Source: Okamejei kenojei (taxonomy: Eukaryota). From it: a DNA stretch of 64,000 nt. The DNA is taken from assembly GCA_035221665.1 (NCBI GenBank), contig CM069132.1, positions 10,664,001-10,728,000 of the forward strand, in the 5' to 3' direction. Below the pieces are notes generated by a model, which was given only the letters and a program-made list of their open reading frames with translations, made no database searches and was not told the origin of the DNA. The position numbers were made by a program, and so were the translations under genes. This document shows positions 53,683 through 64,000 of the stretch, piece after piece (position 1 is the stretch's first letter; each line of letters opens with the position of its first letter).

Positions 53683-55214
53683 TCAGCTTTGGGCTTGGTT
53701 TTCTTCCTCTTCTCCTTGTTGAGTCCACACACACGTTTAGAAGTTGTTCAGCCAGAGCTGAACGCACTTCCCAGCATCTGCATGCGATGGCGTCTGCCTT
53801 GTGCTTCTTGTGCGTGGTGGCGGAAAGATTGGTGGAAACGGGGCCGTGACGTGAACGCTCTTTCCTTGACCCCGGGTTTCTTGGTTAAACCCTTATCCTG
53901 GTGTTATCGCACAAGTACATAGTGTTGTAATTATAATTCAACTTAGTTACCTCCTCAAATAATGGCTGCACACAGCCATGCTGATTATCCCTGATCAGCC
54001 CTTGCCTTTCCAAACATCCCATAGGATGTTCTCCAATAATTTCCCGACCGCAGATGTAAGGCTCACTCACCTCTTTACCTGAGGTTAGTTGACATTACCG
54101 TTGCCTTTCCAGAATTAATGAACGACACCAGCTATCCTTAAGTCTTTTGGCACCTCACGTCTTAAAAAATCTCCCAAAATATCTTTCAGGGTCTCAGTTA
54201 TCTCATCTCCTGCACCCAATATCAACCTGAGATCAATCTCATCTGGCCCTGAGGATTTATCAACCCCATGTGTCTCCTGGCATCTAACATACAAGTTCAC
54301 AAGCTCACAAGTTATAGTAGAATTAGGCCATTCGGCCCATCGACTCGACTCGTCCTTCCAATCATGGCCGAACTGTGGTTTTCGACCCTTCGCTGGGCTT
54401 CACTCGACTGATTTGACTGACATCATGTACTGCTTAATCCGATTTCCCTGCACTCCTTCGAACAAGCACTTCTTCTTTCCCTGATGTATTCACAAGTTAC
54501 AAGGAGTAGAATTAGGCCATTCGGCCCATCGAGTCTATGCTGCCATTCAATCATGGCTGATCTCTGCCTCCTAAACCCATTTTCCAGCCTTCTCCCCATA
54601 ACCCATGACACCCGTTCTAATCAACAATTTGTCTATGTCTGCCTTACAAATATCCACTGACTTGGGCTCCACAGCTCTCTGTGTTAACATATTCTCTTTC
54701 TTAATACTGAACTGCTCCAGATTATCCATGTACCACTCCCTGTATTGACCAGCTTCCACTTCCTTCTCCATGGTGAATACAGATGAGAAGCAATAATTGA
54801 GGATCTCAGTCGTGTTGCCAGGCTGCACACATTGATTACCCCTTGGGCCCGAAGGGGGCTCACATTTTCCCTGGGTATTCTCTTGCTCTTGATATAATTA
54901 CGAAATGCCCTGGCATGCTCTCGACTGCCGCTCTGTGAATTTAACAACCTCACATTTGGATAAAGCAGTTGTACCCGTGACAAATATGTCAACTGGCATT
55001 GGAAGAAATACAACTGCGTTCCAAGAAAATATTTCTGAAGGGATGGAATATCTGTCGATGCGAGAATTGAGATGAGTGGTGGTGAAATGCACACAAGCGG
55101 CTGATGTGCTGAATAAAAGGGATGCAGCAATCTTGATTTCCATTTCGACCAACAATCCCTTACTCTGAAGCAAAAACCCCTGCCCTCTAATTTTCTCCCG
55201 CTTTTCTTTGCTCA

Positions 55215-55677
55215 AGATGTCGGGACTGTCATATGCTGAGAGAATGGAGTGGCTGGGCTTGTACACTCTGGAATTTGGAAGGATGAGAGGGGATCTTATT
55301 GAAACATATAAAATTGTTAAGGGTTTGGCACGCTAGAGGCAGGAAACATGTTCCCTATTTTGGGGGAGTCCAGAACCAGGGGCCACAGTTTAAGAATAAG
55401 GGGTAAGCCATTTAGAACGGAGACGAGGAAACACTTTTTCACACAGAGAGTTGTGAGTCTGTGGACTTCTCTGCCTCAGTGGGTGGTGGAGGCCGGTTCT
55501 CTGGATACTTTCAAGAGAGAGCTAGATAGGGCTTGTAAAGATAGCGGAATCAGGGAATGTGGGGAGAAGGCAGGAACGGGGTACTGATTGGGGATGATCA
55601 GCCATGATCACATTGAATGGCGGTGCTGGCTCGAAGGGCCGAATGGCCTACTCCTGAACCTCTTGTCTATTGTCTAT
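55215..55677 (+). mobile_element. CR1 LINE 3' end
   Basis: MFPILGESRTRGHSLRIRGKPFRTETRKHFFTQRVVSLW; (TATTGTC)n tail. Related fragments at about 19265-19745(-), 25885-26240(-), 43980-44190(-), 57595-58060(-) and 24990-25140(+). Confidence 0.9.
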
Positions 55678-56964
55678 AAAATTGATACAGCTCTTGGGAA
55701 GCTCAGAGCACTTTGAGACATTTCCTAAACAACTCGCAGCAATTCCAGAAACCACCTTCAATAGGTTTCACATCAGGATATGTGGTGCATTCATCTGCGC
55801 TGTCACATTGAATTTTCTCCCAATGTATCTCTCTGGCTATCTCTCTGGCTAAATGTATCTCTCTGGTTATCTAAAGCAAAGGTACTCTCTTTCTGTTAAC
55901 CCGCGTTCCTTTGAAAACTTGCCAGAGACAGAGTTTTCCCACTTGTTTTCACTCCTTCCTCCGTTTGACGAGGCAACAATGTATCTCACTGCAATATATG
56001 ATAACTTTGGTCGTGGAAATGATTCAGCAGGCTGAGGCCAAGTGCCAGAGGGTGGCTGACATTCTTCGAACAACAGCTCTGCCGGGTTCAGTGCCAGGAG
56101 CAAAACAGCCGAGTCAAGGCAAGATGTCACCCGCGTGCACGCAAAGATATTTGTGCGCTGAGGACCAACTACGACACAGAGTACTTTGTAGTTTTGGTCG
56201 AGAGTGCCCTCACCCGAGACTAACCCAGGATAGATCTGGGAATCAAAGGCACACCATTGGACCGGTTCCTTTTTTGTTTAATCTTGCCAAGCCCGTGGGC
56301 TTTGAGAAGAAGTTTAGCACCTATAATAGCACAGCGACTGACACAAGTGAAGATTTTGCCTGGAATCTCTCATCTCAATGGCTCGGGAACACAGCAGGCC
56401 ATGGACGGGCCAGAACAGCAGATTTGCTTCAAAATGCAATGTTACCAGCCTCTGCTGCCTCATAGAATACTTGTCCACTGCCTCATAGAATACTTGTCCA
56501 CTGAAGTCAAGATGACGTGGACATTGGTTAATTCAACACCGGTTTTCACTTGGGCAGCTTACACCCCAGCGGTATGAACATTGGCTTCCCTTACTTCAAG
56601 TAACCCTTGTTTTCCCTCTCTCTCCATCCCTCCCCCCTCCCAGTTCTCCGACCAGTCTAACTGTTTCCGACTACATTTTATCTCTATTTGCTTTGTTGTT
56701 ACCTTCTCCCAACTAACAATGCTCTAATCTACATTTTCCTTGATCTCTATCCCCTTTTGTCCTGTTTCCACACCCTACACTTCCTTATTTATACACTTCC
56801 TTAGCCGTGTACCTCCCTCTTCCCTGACATCAGCCTGAAGAAGGGTCTCCACCCGAAACGTCACCCATTCCTTCTCTCCAGAGATGTTGCCTGTCCCTCT
56901 GAATTACTCCAGCATTTTGTGTCCACCTGTTTCAAGGTGTTGTTTTGTACAGAAATGGCAGGTG

Positions 56965-57290
56965 GGGTGGCACGGTGGCGCAGCGGTAGAGTTGCTGCCT
57001 TACAGCGCTTGCAGCCCCGGAGACCCGGGTTCGATCCCGACAACAGGTGCTTGTCGGTACGGAGTTTACACGTTCTCCCCGTGACCGCGTGGGTTTTCTC
57101 TGAGATCTTTGGTTTCCTCCCACACTCCAAAGACGTACAGACTTGTAGGTTAATCGGCTTGGTGTAAGTTTAAATTGTCCCTAGTGTGTGTAAGGTAGTG
57201 TTAATGTGCGGGGATTGGTGCGGACCGGTGGGCTGAAGGGCCTGTTTCCGCGCTGTATCTGTAACTAAACTAAACTAAAATGAACTGAAC
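56965..57290 (+). mobile_element. HE1-type SINE
   Basis: Full-length copy. Confidence 0.88.
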
Positions 57291-58611
57291 GAGACGTGCC
57301 CTTCACATTCTGTCTCCTCTACAAGTGTGTATAACATACTTAAGGACGGTCGTTACCGCCTAATTAATCATTCCACCTGACCACACTAACCTTATAAACA
57401 ACCTCAGCATGTGTGTATTGTCAGCAATTAGACCTTGTGCCCTTAAAAGGCACAAAGTAGATTAAATGCAGCACTTCATCTCATCACAGGATCAGATAAG
57501 AAATTAAGTCATGCAATAACTTTGTAGATCCAGTACACAGATACAATGGGCTAGTGGACTATCCCTGTTCCATTGCTCAGCGTAGCTTTACTTATAGATA
57601 ATAGACAATAGGTGCAGGAGTAGGCAATTTGGCCCTTCGAGCCAGCACCGCCATTCAATGTGATCATGGCTGATCATCCCCAATCAGTACCCCGTTCCTG
57701 CCTTCTCCCCACATCCCCTGACTCCGCTATCTTTAAGAGCCCTATCTAGCTCTCTCTTGAAAGTATCCAGAGAACCGGCCTCCACCGCCCTCTGAGGCAG
57801 ATAATTCCACAGACTCACCACTCTCTGTGTGTGGAAAAGTGTTTCCTCGTCTCCGTTCTAAATGGCTTACCCATTATTCTTAAACTGTGGCCCCTGGTTC
57901 TGAACTCCCCCAACTTCGGAAACATGTTTCCTGCCTCTAGTGTCCAAACCCTTAATAATCTTATATGTTTCAGTAAGATCCCCTCTCATCCTTCTAAACT
58001 CCAGAGTGTACAAGCCCAGCCGCTTCATTCTCTCAGCATATGACAGTCCCGCCATCCCGAGACCTACAATTCTTACATTTCGTGTAGGTCATCTCCCATT
58101 AGTTGAGAGATACGATGTGGAAACAGGTCCTTTGGCCCACTGAGTCTGCATCGCCCACTGATCATCTGTTCACTAGTTTTATGTTGTCCCAATTTCGCAT
58201 CCTCCACATTCGGGGGAATTTTCCTGTAACCAAGTAACCTACAAATCTGCCCCGTATCCACTTATGACCTTATGAAATAATAAATTTATAAGTTCATAAA
58301 TCTGCACGTCTGTGGAATAAGGGAGGGAACTGGAGCACCTGGAGAAACCCCAGGCGAGGACAGGGAGGACGTGCAAATTCTGAACAGCCGGCACCCGCAA
58401 TCAGGATTGGACCTGGGTCCCTGGTGCCGTAATACAGCAACTCCACCGTTGCGCCCCTGTGCCGCCTATTTTATTAAAAAGATTATATTACAAATTACAA
58501 AGTCATCTGATATAACATCTAAACCATTGTGGTGAAGAGAAGTAGTACTGGTTTTAATCAAGTTTGTCACTTAAAGATTTGAGTTGGAAAAAAGAGAGTG
58601 GGTTAGTTAGA

Positions 58612-58850
58612 GGTCACCTATAATTGGAGTATTCAGTATTCATACTGTCGGGTTGGAAGCTGCCCAAGTGGAATATGATTAAGAAGGAACTGCAGATGCT
58701 GGAACAATCGAAGGTAGATAAAAAATGCTGGAGAAACTCAGCTGGTGAGACAGCATCTATGGAGCGAAGGAATAGGTGACGTTTCAGGTCGAGACCCTTC
58801 TTCAATGTGGAATATGAGGTGCTGTTCCTCCAGGCCTCCTGTACATTGGC
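58612..58850 (-). mobile_element. Penelope-like GIY-YIG end with a nested terminal-repeat insertion
   Basis: EEQHLIFH / LGSFQPDSMNTEYSNYR is split by a pLTR-type repeat flanked by a duplicated gtggaatatga. Confidence 0.7.
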
Positions 58851-58987
58851 GAGACCAAGTGTCAGCTTGGCTACTGATTTTCTGAACGCTTGCTCACTTT
58901 GGCCTGTCTCTCTTTGCCATCTTTCTTCACCCTCCCTGCAATCAGTCTGCCGCATACACCTCTCTTCATAAAATGAAGTTAACCATA

Positions 58988-59967
58988 AAGTGCCTGTCCC
59001 ACTTAGGCAACGTTTCAGCGGACTGCCTGCGACCTTCAAGCTCGCGGCACTCGCCTGAAACACCGCGAACTNNNNNNNNNNNNNNNNNNNNNNNNNNNNN
59101 NNNNNNNNNNNNNNNNNNNNNNNNNNNNNNNNNNNNNNNNNNNNNNNNNNNNNNNNNNNNNNNNNNNNNNNNNNNNNNNNNNNNNNNNNNNNNNNNNNNN
59201 NNNNNNNNNNNNCTGAAATTCCACAAGGTGCAAAGCCAATGTGATACAGACACACACCGCGATGAACAGGAAGGTTAAAGATGGCTAGCACAGTGTACGG
59301 TAAGTCCTTTAAAAGAGCGGAGAGGGGGGGAGAAGATGGGGGGAGAAGGGGGAGTGAAGGGGGGGGGGGGCAGAGAAGGGGGGGAGAGAAGGGGGGGAGA
59401 AGGGGGGAGAGAAGGGGTGCGAGAGAAGGGGGGGGAGAGAAGGGGGGGGGGGGAGAGAAGGGGGGGAAGAAGACAATGAGTGGAGGTGCTTTTAAGAAGC
59501 CAGACAACTTTTAATAAGCCAGAGATACACAGCTGTGAAGGTCGGCGGACATTTAACATTACCGGTCGGTTCTCCTTGGGTCTGAAAACTCGTGCTTACA
59601 TTTTTTTACCCCCAATGAGCCAATGAAAATGCCCGGTCAGCAAAGGCGATTAACTAAAACTACCTATGTCTACCTCGACTACCCATAACTACATGGCGAC
59701 CCCACTACAACTGCACCTATGACTACAAAAGTATCGATTTTCTCCATGGCAACCAATTATTGGTCGCAGAAAAATGTTCAACTGTTTCAAATGTTGAAAA
59801 ATGTGCTGCGACCATACTGAGGCCGCAACTAGTTCCCAGAACGCGGGAACTCCTCGCGACCATGAAGGAGACTCGCCAGAGACCACCAGCGAACATGTGG
59901 CGACCATGTGGCGAGCGCAGAGTCTCCTGCACTCGCATAAAAAGTCGCCTAAGTGGGACAGGCCCTC
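58988..59967. mobile_element. ~1-kb non-autonomous DNA element with CTGTCCCACTTAGG TIRs
   Basis: TA|aagtgcctgtcccacttaggc ... gcctaagtgggacaggccctc|TA; contains an N gap and a G/A-rich tract; right TIR tandemly duplicated to about 59990. Confidence 0.75.
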
Positions 59968-60799
59968 TACGCTAAGTGGGACAGGCCCTCTTGTCGTTCT
60001 GATGGTTGTTACAACATTGACATCAGCCTAAACTGAACTGCGATGGAATATTATTCCATAATGTTTACACCCTTGCTGCAAACTACTGGGCTAAGTGTGA
60101 TTCACTCAACCTTTACGCAGTGGAACCTCCTGTACAGATACTCATTAAATTCCATAATTGGGAATACATAATTTGGTGTTCTTTACTGCTGCTGTGCTCA
60201 ACTACATATATACTTGAACATCATGTCCGATGTATCTGTCACACAGTGAAACCTTTCTCATTCTTAACATAATAATTTTGTGATGTAAGATAAGCATAGG
60301 AGAGTGTAGTTCCAGCATGCCACTAGCAACTAAGAACTGCACACAAGTCAAACAGTCCCTGATTACCGCTGAACACAACTGACATTGCCACATTACATCC
60401 ATTGATAACCTTTAACCAATATCTTTCTACTGGGAACTGGGACTTCAGGGTCAAGAAAGGCAATGCAGAGATTTCTGGACTTGCAGCCTTTCTTGTCATT
60501 AAATGTTCACATAATTATAAACAGTAGATTCCCTGCATTTCCAATTTTTAGTTTAACTATTGTAATGAGCTTAGAAATCTGTTATTTGATGTTCATTTTT
60601 GAGTTAACCCTGGCTGAACAGGTTTGGCACATCTCTGACTGTTTAAGTGAGGTATGGACATGCATTGGAGGCAGTGCACAGCAGGTTCACTGGATGGTCC
60701 CTGGGGATAGGGTTCGGAAACGTAGAAAAAAAGGTTGGACACAATCAGCTCGTACACTTGGAAAGTTAACAAAGTGATCTGATTGAAATACGTAGGAAT

Positions 60800-61160
60800 C
60801 CTTTGGGGACGGACAGAGAGTTGATGCCACCGGCAGCGATAGTGGAGAGGTCGGCGTGGCGGTGGATGATGGTGCCGACCGACGGACGAGAAGGGACCAT
60901 GTGGGGGGAAGGAACACAGGACAATGGGGACCCGGCGTGGAGGGGTCGCCATTAGGAGGGGGAGGGAGGGGGGGGGGGGGGGGGGGTGAGAACAAAGGGG
61001 GACCTGGCGCGGAAAATTTGTAACATTGTGAGCACTCTTTATGGGTGACTATTTGCATACCTTGGGTATGCAAGCAAAGAATTTCACTGTGACTTGTCAC
61101 ATGACAATAAGGTGTCAATCAATCAATCAATTAATTAAATAATCAATTAATTAATTAATT
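60800..61160 (+). mobile_element. GC-rich retroposon ending in a LINE-type tail and (TCAA)/(TTAA)/(TTCA) microsatellite
   Basis: 3' part caagcaaagaatttcactgt...catgacaataa resembles the Rex1-type tails at 18670-18720 and 20810-20860. Confidence 0.55.
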
Positions 61161-61839
61161 AATTCATTCATTCATTCAAGAAGATGTGCCCCGTGCTGGG
61201 GAATCCAGAACCAGGAAGTATAGGTTTGGAAACAAATGGTTGTCCATTTAAGATGGAGATGAAGAGCAATGTCTCTCAAGTTTGAGATTTTTGAGATCGT
61301 TTTGGAGAACCTCAAAAGTGGTCATTCAAGGCCTACAGATATTTGAATAGTGGGAATATGGTGTTGACGCGAAAATTGGATTAGCTATGATCTTACTCAT
61401 TGGCAGAGTAACCTGGAAGTGCAGATTAGCCAACTACTGCTTTCATTTCTAACACTCTGATGGAAATAACATGTAGCTTTCTACCATGACATGTGGTTCA
61501 GGAGACCAAAAAAGCAAGAATGATCTCGACCCAAAACGCCACCTATTCCTTCTCTCCAGAGCTGCTGTCTGACTCGCTGAGTGACTCCAGCTTTTTGTGT
61601 CTATCCTTCCTCTCAGCTCTCCAGGGATTAGTGTTTCTCTCCTCACAACTGTACAGACTCCCTCACTTTGTAACGCAACTCAGGTCACTGATGTGCTGAG
61701 TACAGGAGTTTTGGTCATCCTACCACATGCCTGCCCCCGGGTGTTTTTAAAGCAGAGACTGATAGGTCCTTGATTAGGGAGGGTCACAAAGGTTATGGGG
61801 AGAATGCGAGAGAATGGGGTGGAGAGAGAAAAATAGATA

Positions 61840-62342
61840 GAAACATAGAAACATAGAAAAATAGGTGCAGGAGTAGGCCATTCGGCCCTTCGAGCCTGCA
61901 CCGCCATTCAATATGATCATGGCTGATCATCCAACTCAGTATCCTGTACCTGCCTTCTCTCCATACCCCCTGATCCCTTTAGCCACAAGAGCCACATCCA
62001 ACTCCCTCTTGAATATAGCTAATGAACTGGCCCCAACGACCTTCTGTGGCAGAGAATTCCAGAGACTCACCACTCTCTGTGTAAAGAATGTTTTCCTCAT
62101 CTCGGTCCTAAAGGAATTCCCCCTTATCCTTAGACTGTGACCCCTTGTTCTGGACTCCCCCAACATCGGGAACAATCTTCCTGCATCTAGCTGGTCCAAC
62201 CCCTTAAGAATTTTGCAAGTTTCTATAAGATCCCCCCTCAATCTTCTAAATTCCAGTGAGTACAAGCCGAGTCTATCCAGTCTTTCTTCATATGGAAGTC
62301 CCGCCATCCCAGGAATCAGTCTGGTGAACCTTCTCTGAACCC
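61840..62342 (-). mobile_element. CR1 (HER1-like) LINE 3' end
   Basis: VQRRFTRLIPGMAGLPYEERLDRLGLYSLEFRRLRGDLIE...RTRGHSLRIRG...WNSLP; (TTTCTATG)n tail. Confidence 0.92.
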
Positions 62343-62694
62343 CCATGATTGGCCATGATTGAATGATGGAATAGACTCAATGGGCTGAATGGCCTGAATT
62401 CTGCTACTGTGGCCTCATGGAGTGTTTCAACTCAAACAAAAGCCAAGCTAGTCAGTCAGGTAGATTTTTAAGCAGGGAATCCTCTTAAAATATACTCTGG
62501 AGCCATAAAATACTCTCATAAAATACCATCAAAGCTTCCATAAAATAGAAATTAGGATGGTTATTGGAGTGATGAATTATACATCCACCCTGTGTGTTGG
62601 CAGCGGATTTCAGATACCCGCAGTACATGTATCTGTATTTTCTAAAAACATTCTGACACTGGTGAGAGTTATGCTGATGTGCTGAGGGTGCTGA

Positions 62695-63000
62695 CACGGA
62701 GGTGCAGCGGTAGAGCTTCTGCCTTACAGCGCCAGGGACCCGGGTTCGATCCTGTCCTCGGGTACTTGTGTGTATGGAGCTTGTACATTCTCCCAGTGAC
62801 CTGCGTAAGTTTTATCTCTGAGATCTTCGGCTTCCTCCCACACTCCAAAGCTTTGTAGGTTTATTTGGCTTGGTATGAATTATAGTATTGTCCCTGGGGG
62901 GGCGTGTAGGGTAGTGTTGGTGTGCGGGGATCGCTGGTCGGTGCGGACTCGGTGGGCCTGTTCCCGCGTTGTGTCGCTGAACTGAACTAAACTAAACTCG
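62695..63000 (+). mobile_element. HE1-type SINE
   Basis: Full-length diverged copy. Confidence 0.82.
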
Positions 63001-63454
63001 AAGGGCCGAATGGCCTACTCCTGCACCTGTTGTCTATCGTATTCAATGCAACACTGCACTGTCAGTAACTTAGCATGGATTGGAAGCACAATGGTCAAGA
63101 AGGTGCGTAAACCCCAATAAATATTGTATAAGTGTAAAAAAAGAAAGACGTTTTAGATAAATTGCATTTTAATTCGTGAACTAAGAAATTTCCATACATG
63201 TCTGAAGAAGGGACTCGATCCAAAACATTACCCATTCTTTCTCTCCAGAGGTAGATGCAAAATGCTGGAGTAACTCAGCGGGTGAGGCAGCATCTCTGGA
63301 GAGAAGGAATTGGTGACATTTCTGGTCGAGACCCTTCTTCCTTCCCTCCGACTCTACGACAACGTTCCCTCCTTCTCTCCAGAGGTACTGCCTGTCCCGC
63401 CGTGTTATTCCAGCATTTTGCGTCTATCTTAAATACATGTAAGTTTTGTATCAT

Positions 63455-64000
63455 TCCAGCTGGATGAGGGAATTGAAGGCAATATCTCCAAGTTTGCGGA
63501 TGACACTAAGCTGGGGGGCAGTGTTCGCTGTGAGGAGGATGCTAGGAGACTGCAAGGTGACTTGGATAGGCTGGGTGAGTGGGCAAATGTTTGGCAGATG
63601 CAGTATAATGTGGATAAATGTGAGGTTATCCACTTTGGTGGCAAAAACAGGAAAGCAGATTATTATTTAAATGGTGGCCGATTAGGAAAAGGGGAGATGC
63701 AGCGAGACCTGGGTGTCATGGTACACCAGTCATTGAAAGTAGGCATGCAGGTGCAGCAGGCAGTGAAAAAAGCGAATGGTATGTTAGCTTTCATAGCAAA
63801 AGGATTTGAGTACAGGAGCAGGGAGGTTCTACTTCAGTTGTACAGGGTCTTGGTGAGACCACAACTGGAGTATTGCGTACAGTTTTGGTCTCCAATTCTG
63901 AGGAAGGACATTATTGCCATAGAGGGAGTGCAGAGAAGGTTCACCAGACTGATTCCTGGGATGTCAGGACTGTCTTATGAAGAAAGACTGGATAGACTCG
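63455..64000 (+). mobile_element. CR1 (HER1-like) LINE RT fragment, runs off the window
   Basis: LDEGIEGNISKFADDTKLGG...LQGDLDRLGEWANVWQMQYNVDKCEVIHFG...LYRVLVRPQLEYCVQFWSP. Confidence 0.92.

Noticed and set aside
55911-56465. 184-aa ORF in non-repeat-looking sequence
   Set aside because: No recognisable domain, non-ATG start, antisense to PARD3, no convincing splice structure.
56455-56503. Short tandem duplications (also about 12440-12540 and 55822-55872)
   Set aside because: Ordinary slippage or repair duplications with no sign of function.
58614-59559. Long proline- or glycine-rich ORFs
   Set aside because: Produced by a G/A low-complexity tract, an N gap and repeat fragments.

Overview
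Repeat-dense vertebrate genomic DNA. HE1/V-SINE, HER1/CR1 and Penelope-type repeats point to a cartilaginous fish, probably a skate or ray (inferred). The window holds the 3' end of the polarity gene PARD3 on the minus strand. Three coding exons were read by hand with GT/AG boundaries and compatible phases: 23343-23460, 9001-9128 and the terminal exon 1299-1683; 3' UTR lies below 1299. No further PARD3 exon was recognised above 23460, so that part is probably one large intron. Intronic content includes a decayed DIRS1-type tyrosine-recombinase retrotransposon (about 3880-8090), a decayed Tc1 transposon (28374-30147), Penelope-like GIY-YIG fragments, dozens of short Penelope-terminal-repeat insertions carrying a minimal-hammerhead-like motif, Rex1/Babar, CR1 and L1 LINE fragments, about 14 HE1 SINEs and several MITE families. 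Best leads: a candidate intronic-polyadenylation PARD3 isoform ending ...EQPWVSV*, a retroposon tail fused to the last PARD3 splice acceptor, and the ribozyme-like Penelope mini-insertions with inverted structure and long target-site duplications. Most ORFs in the supplied track are spurious or are repeat fragments. All identifications come from reading the sequence and from recall, with no database search. Repeat boundaries are approximate unless a TSD is quoted.
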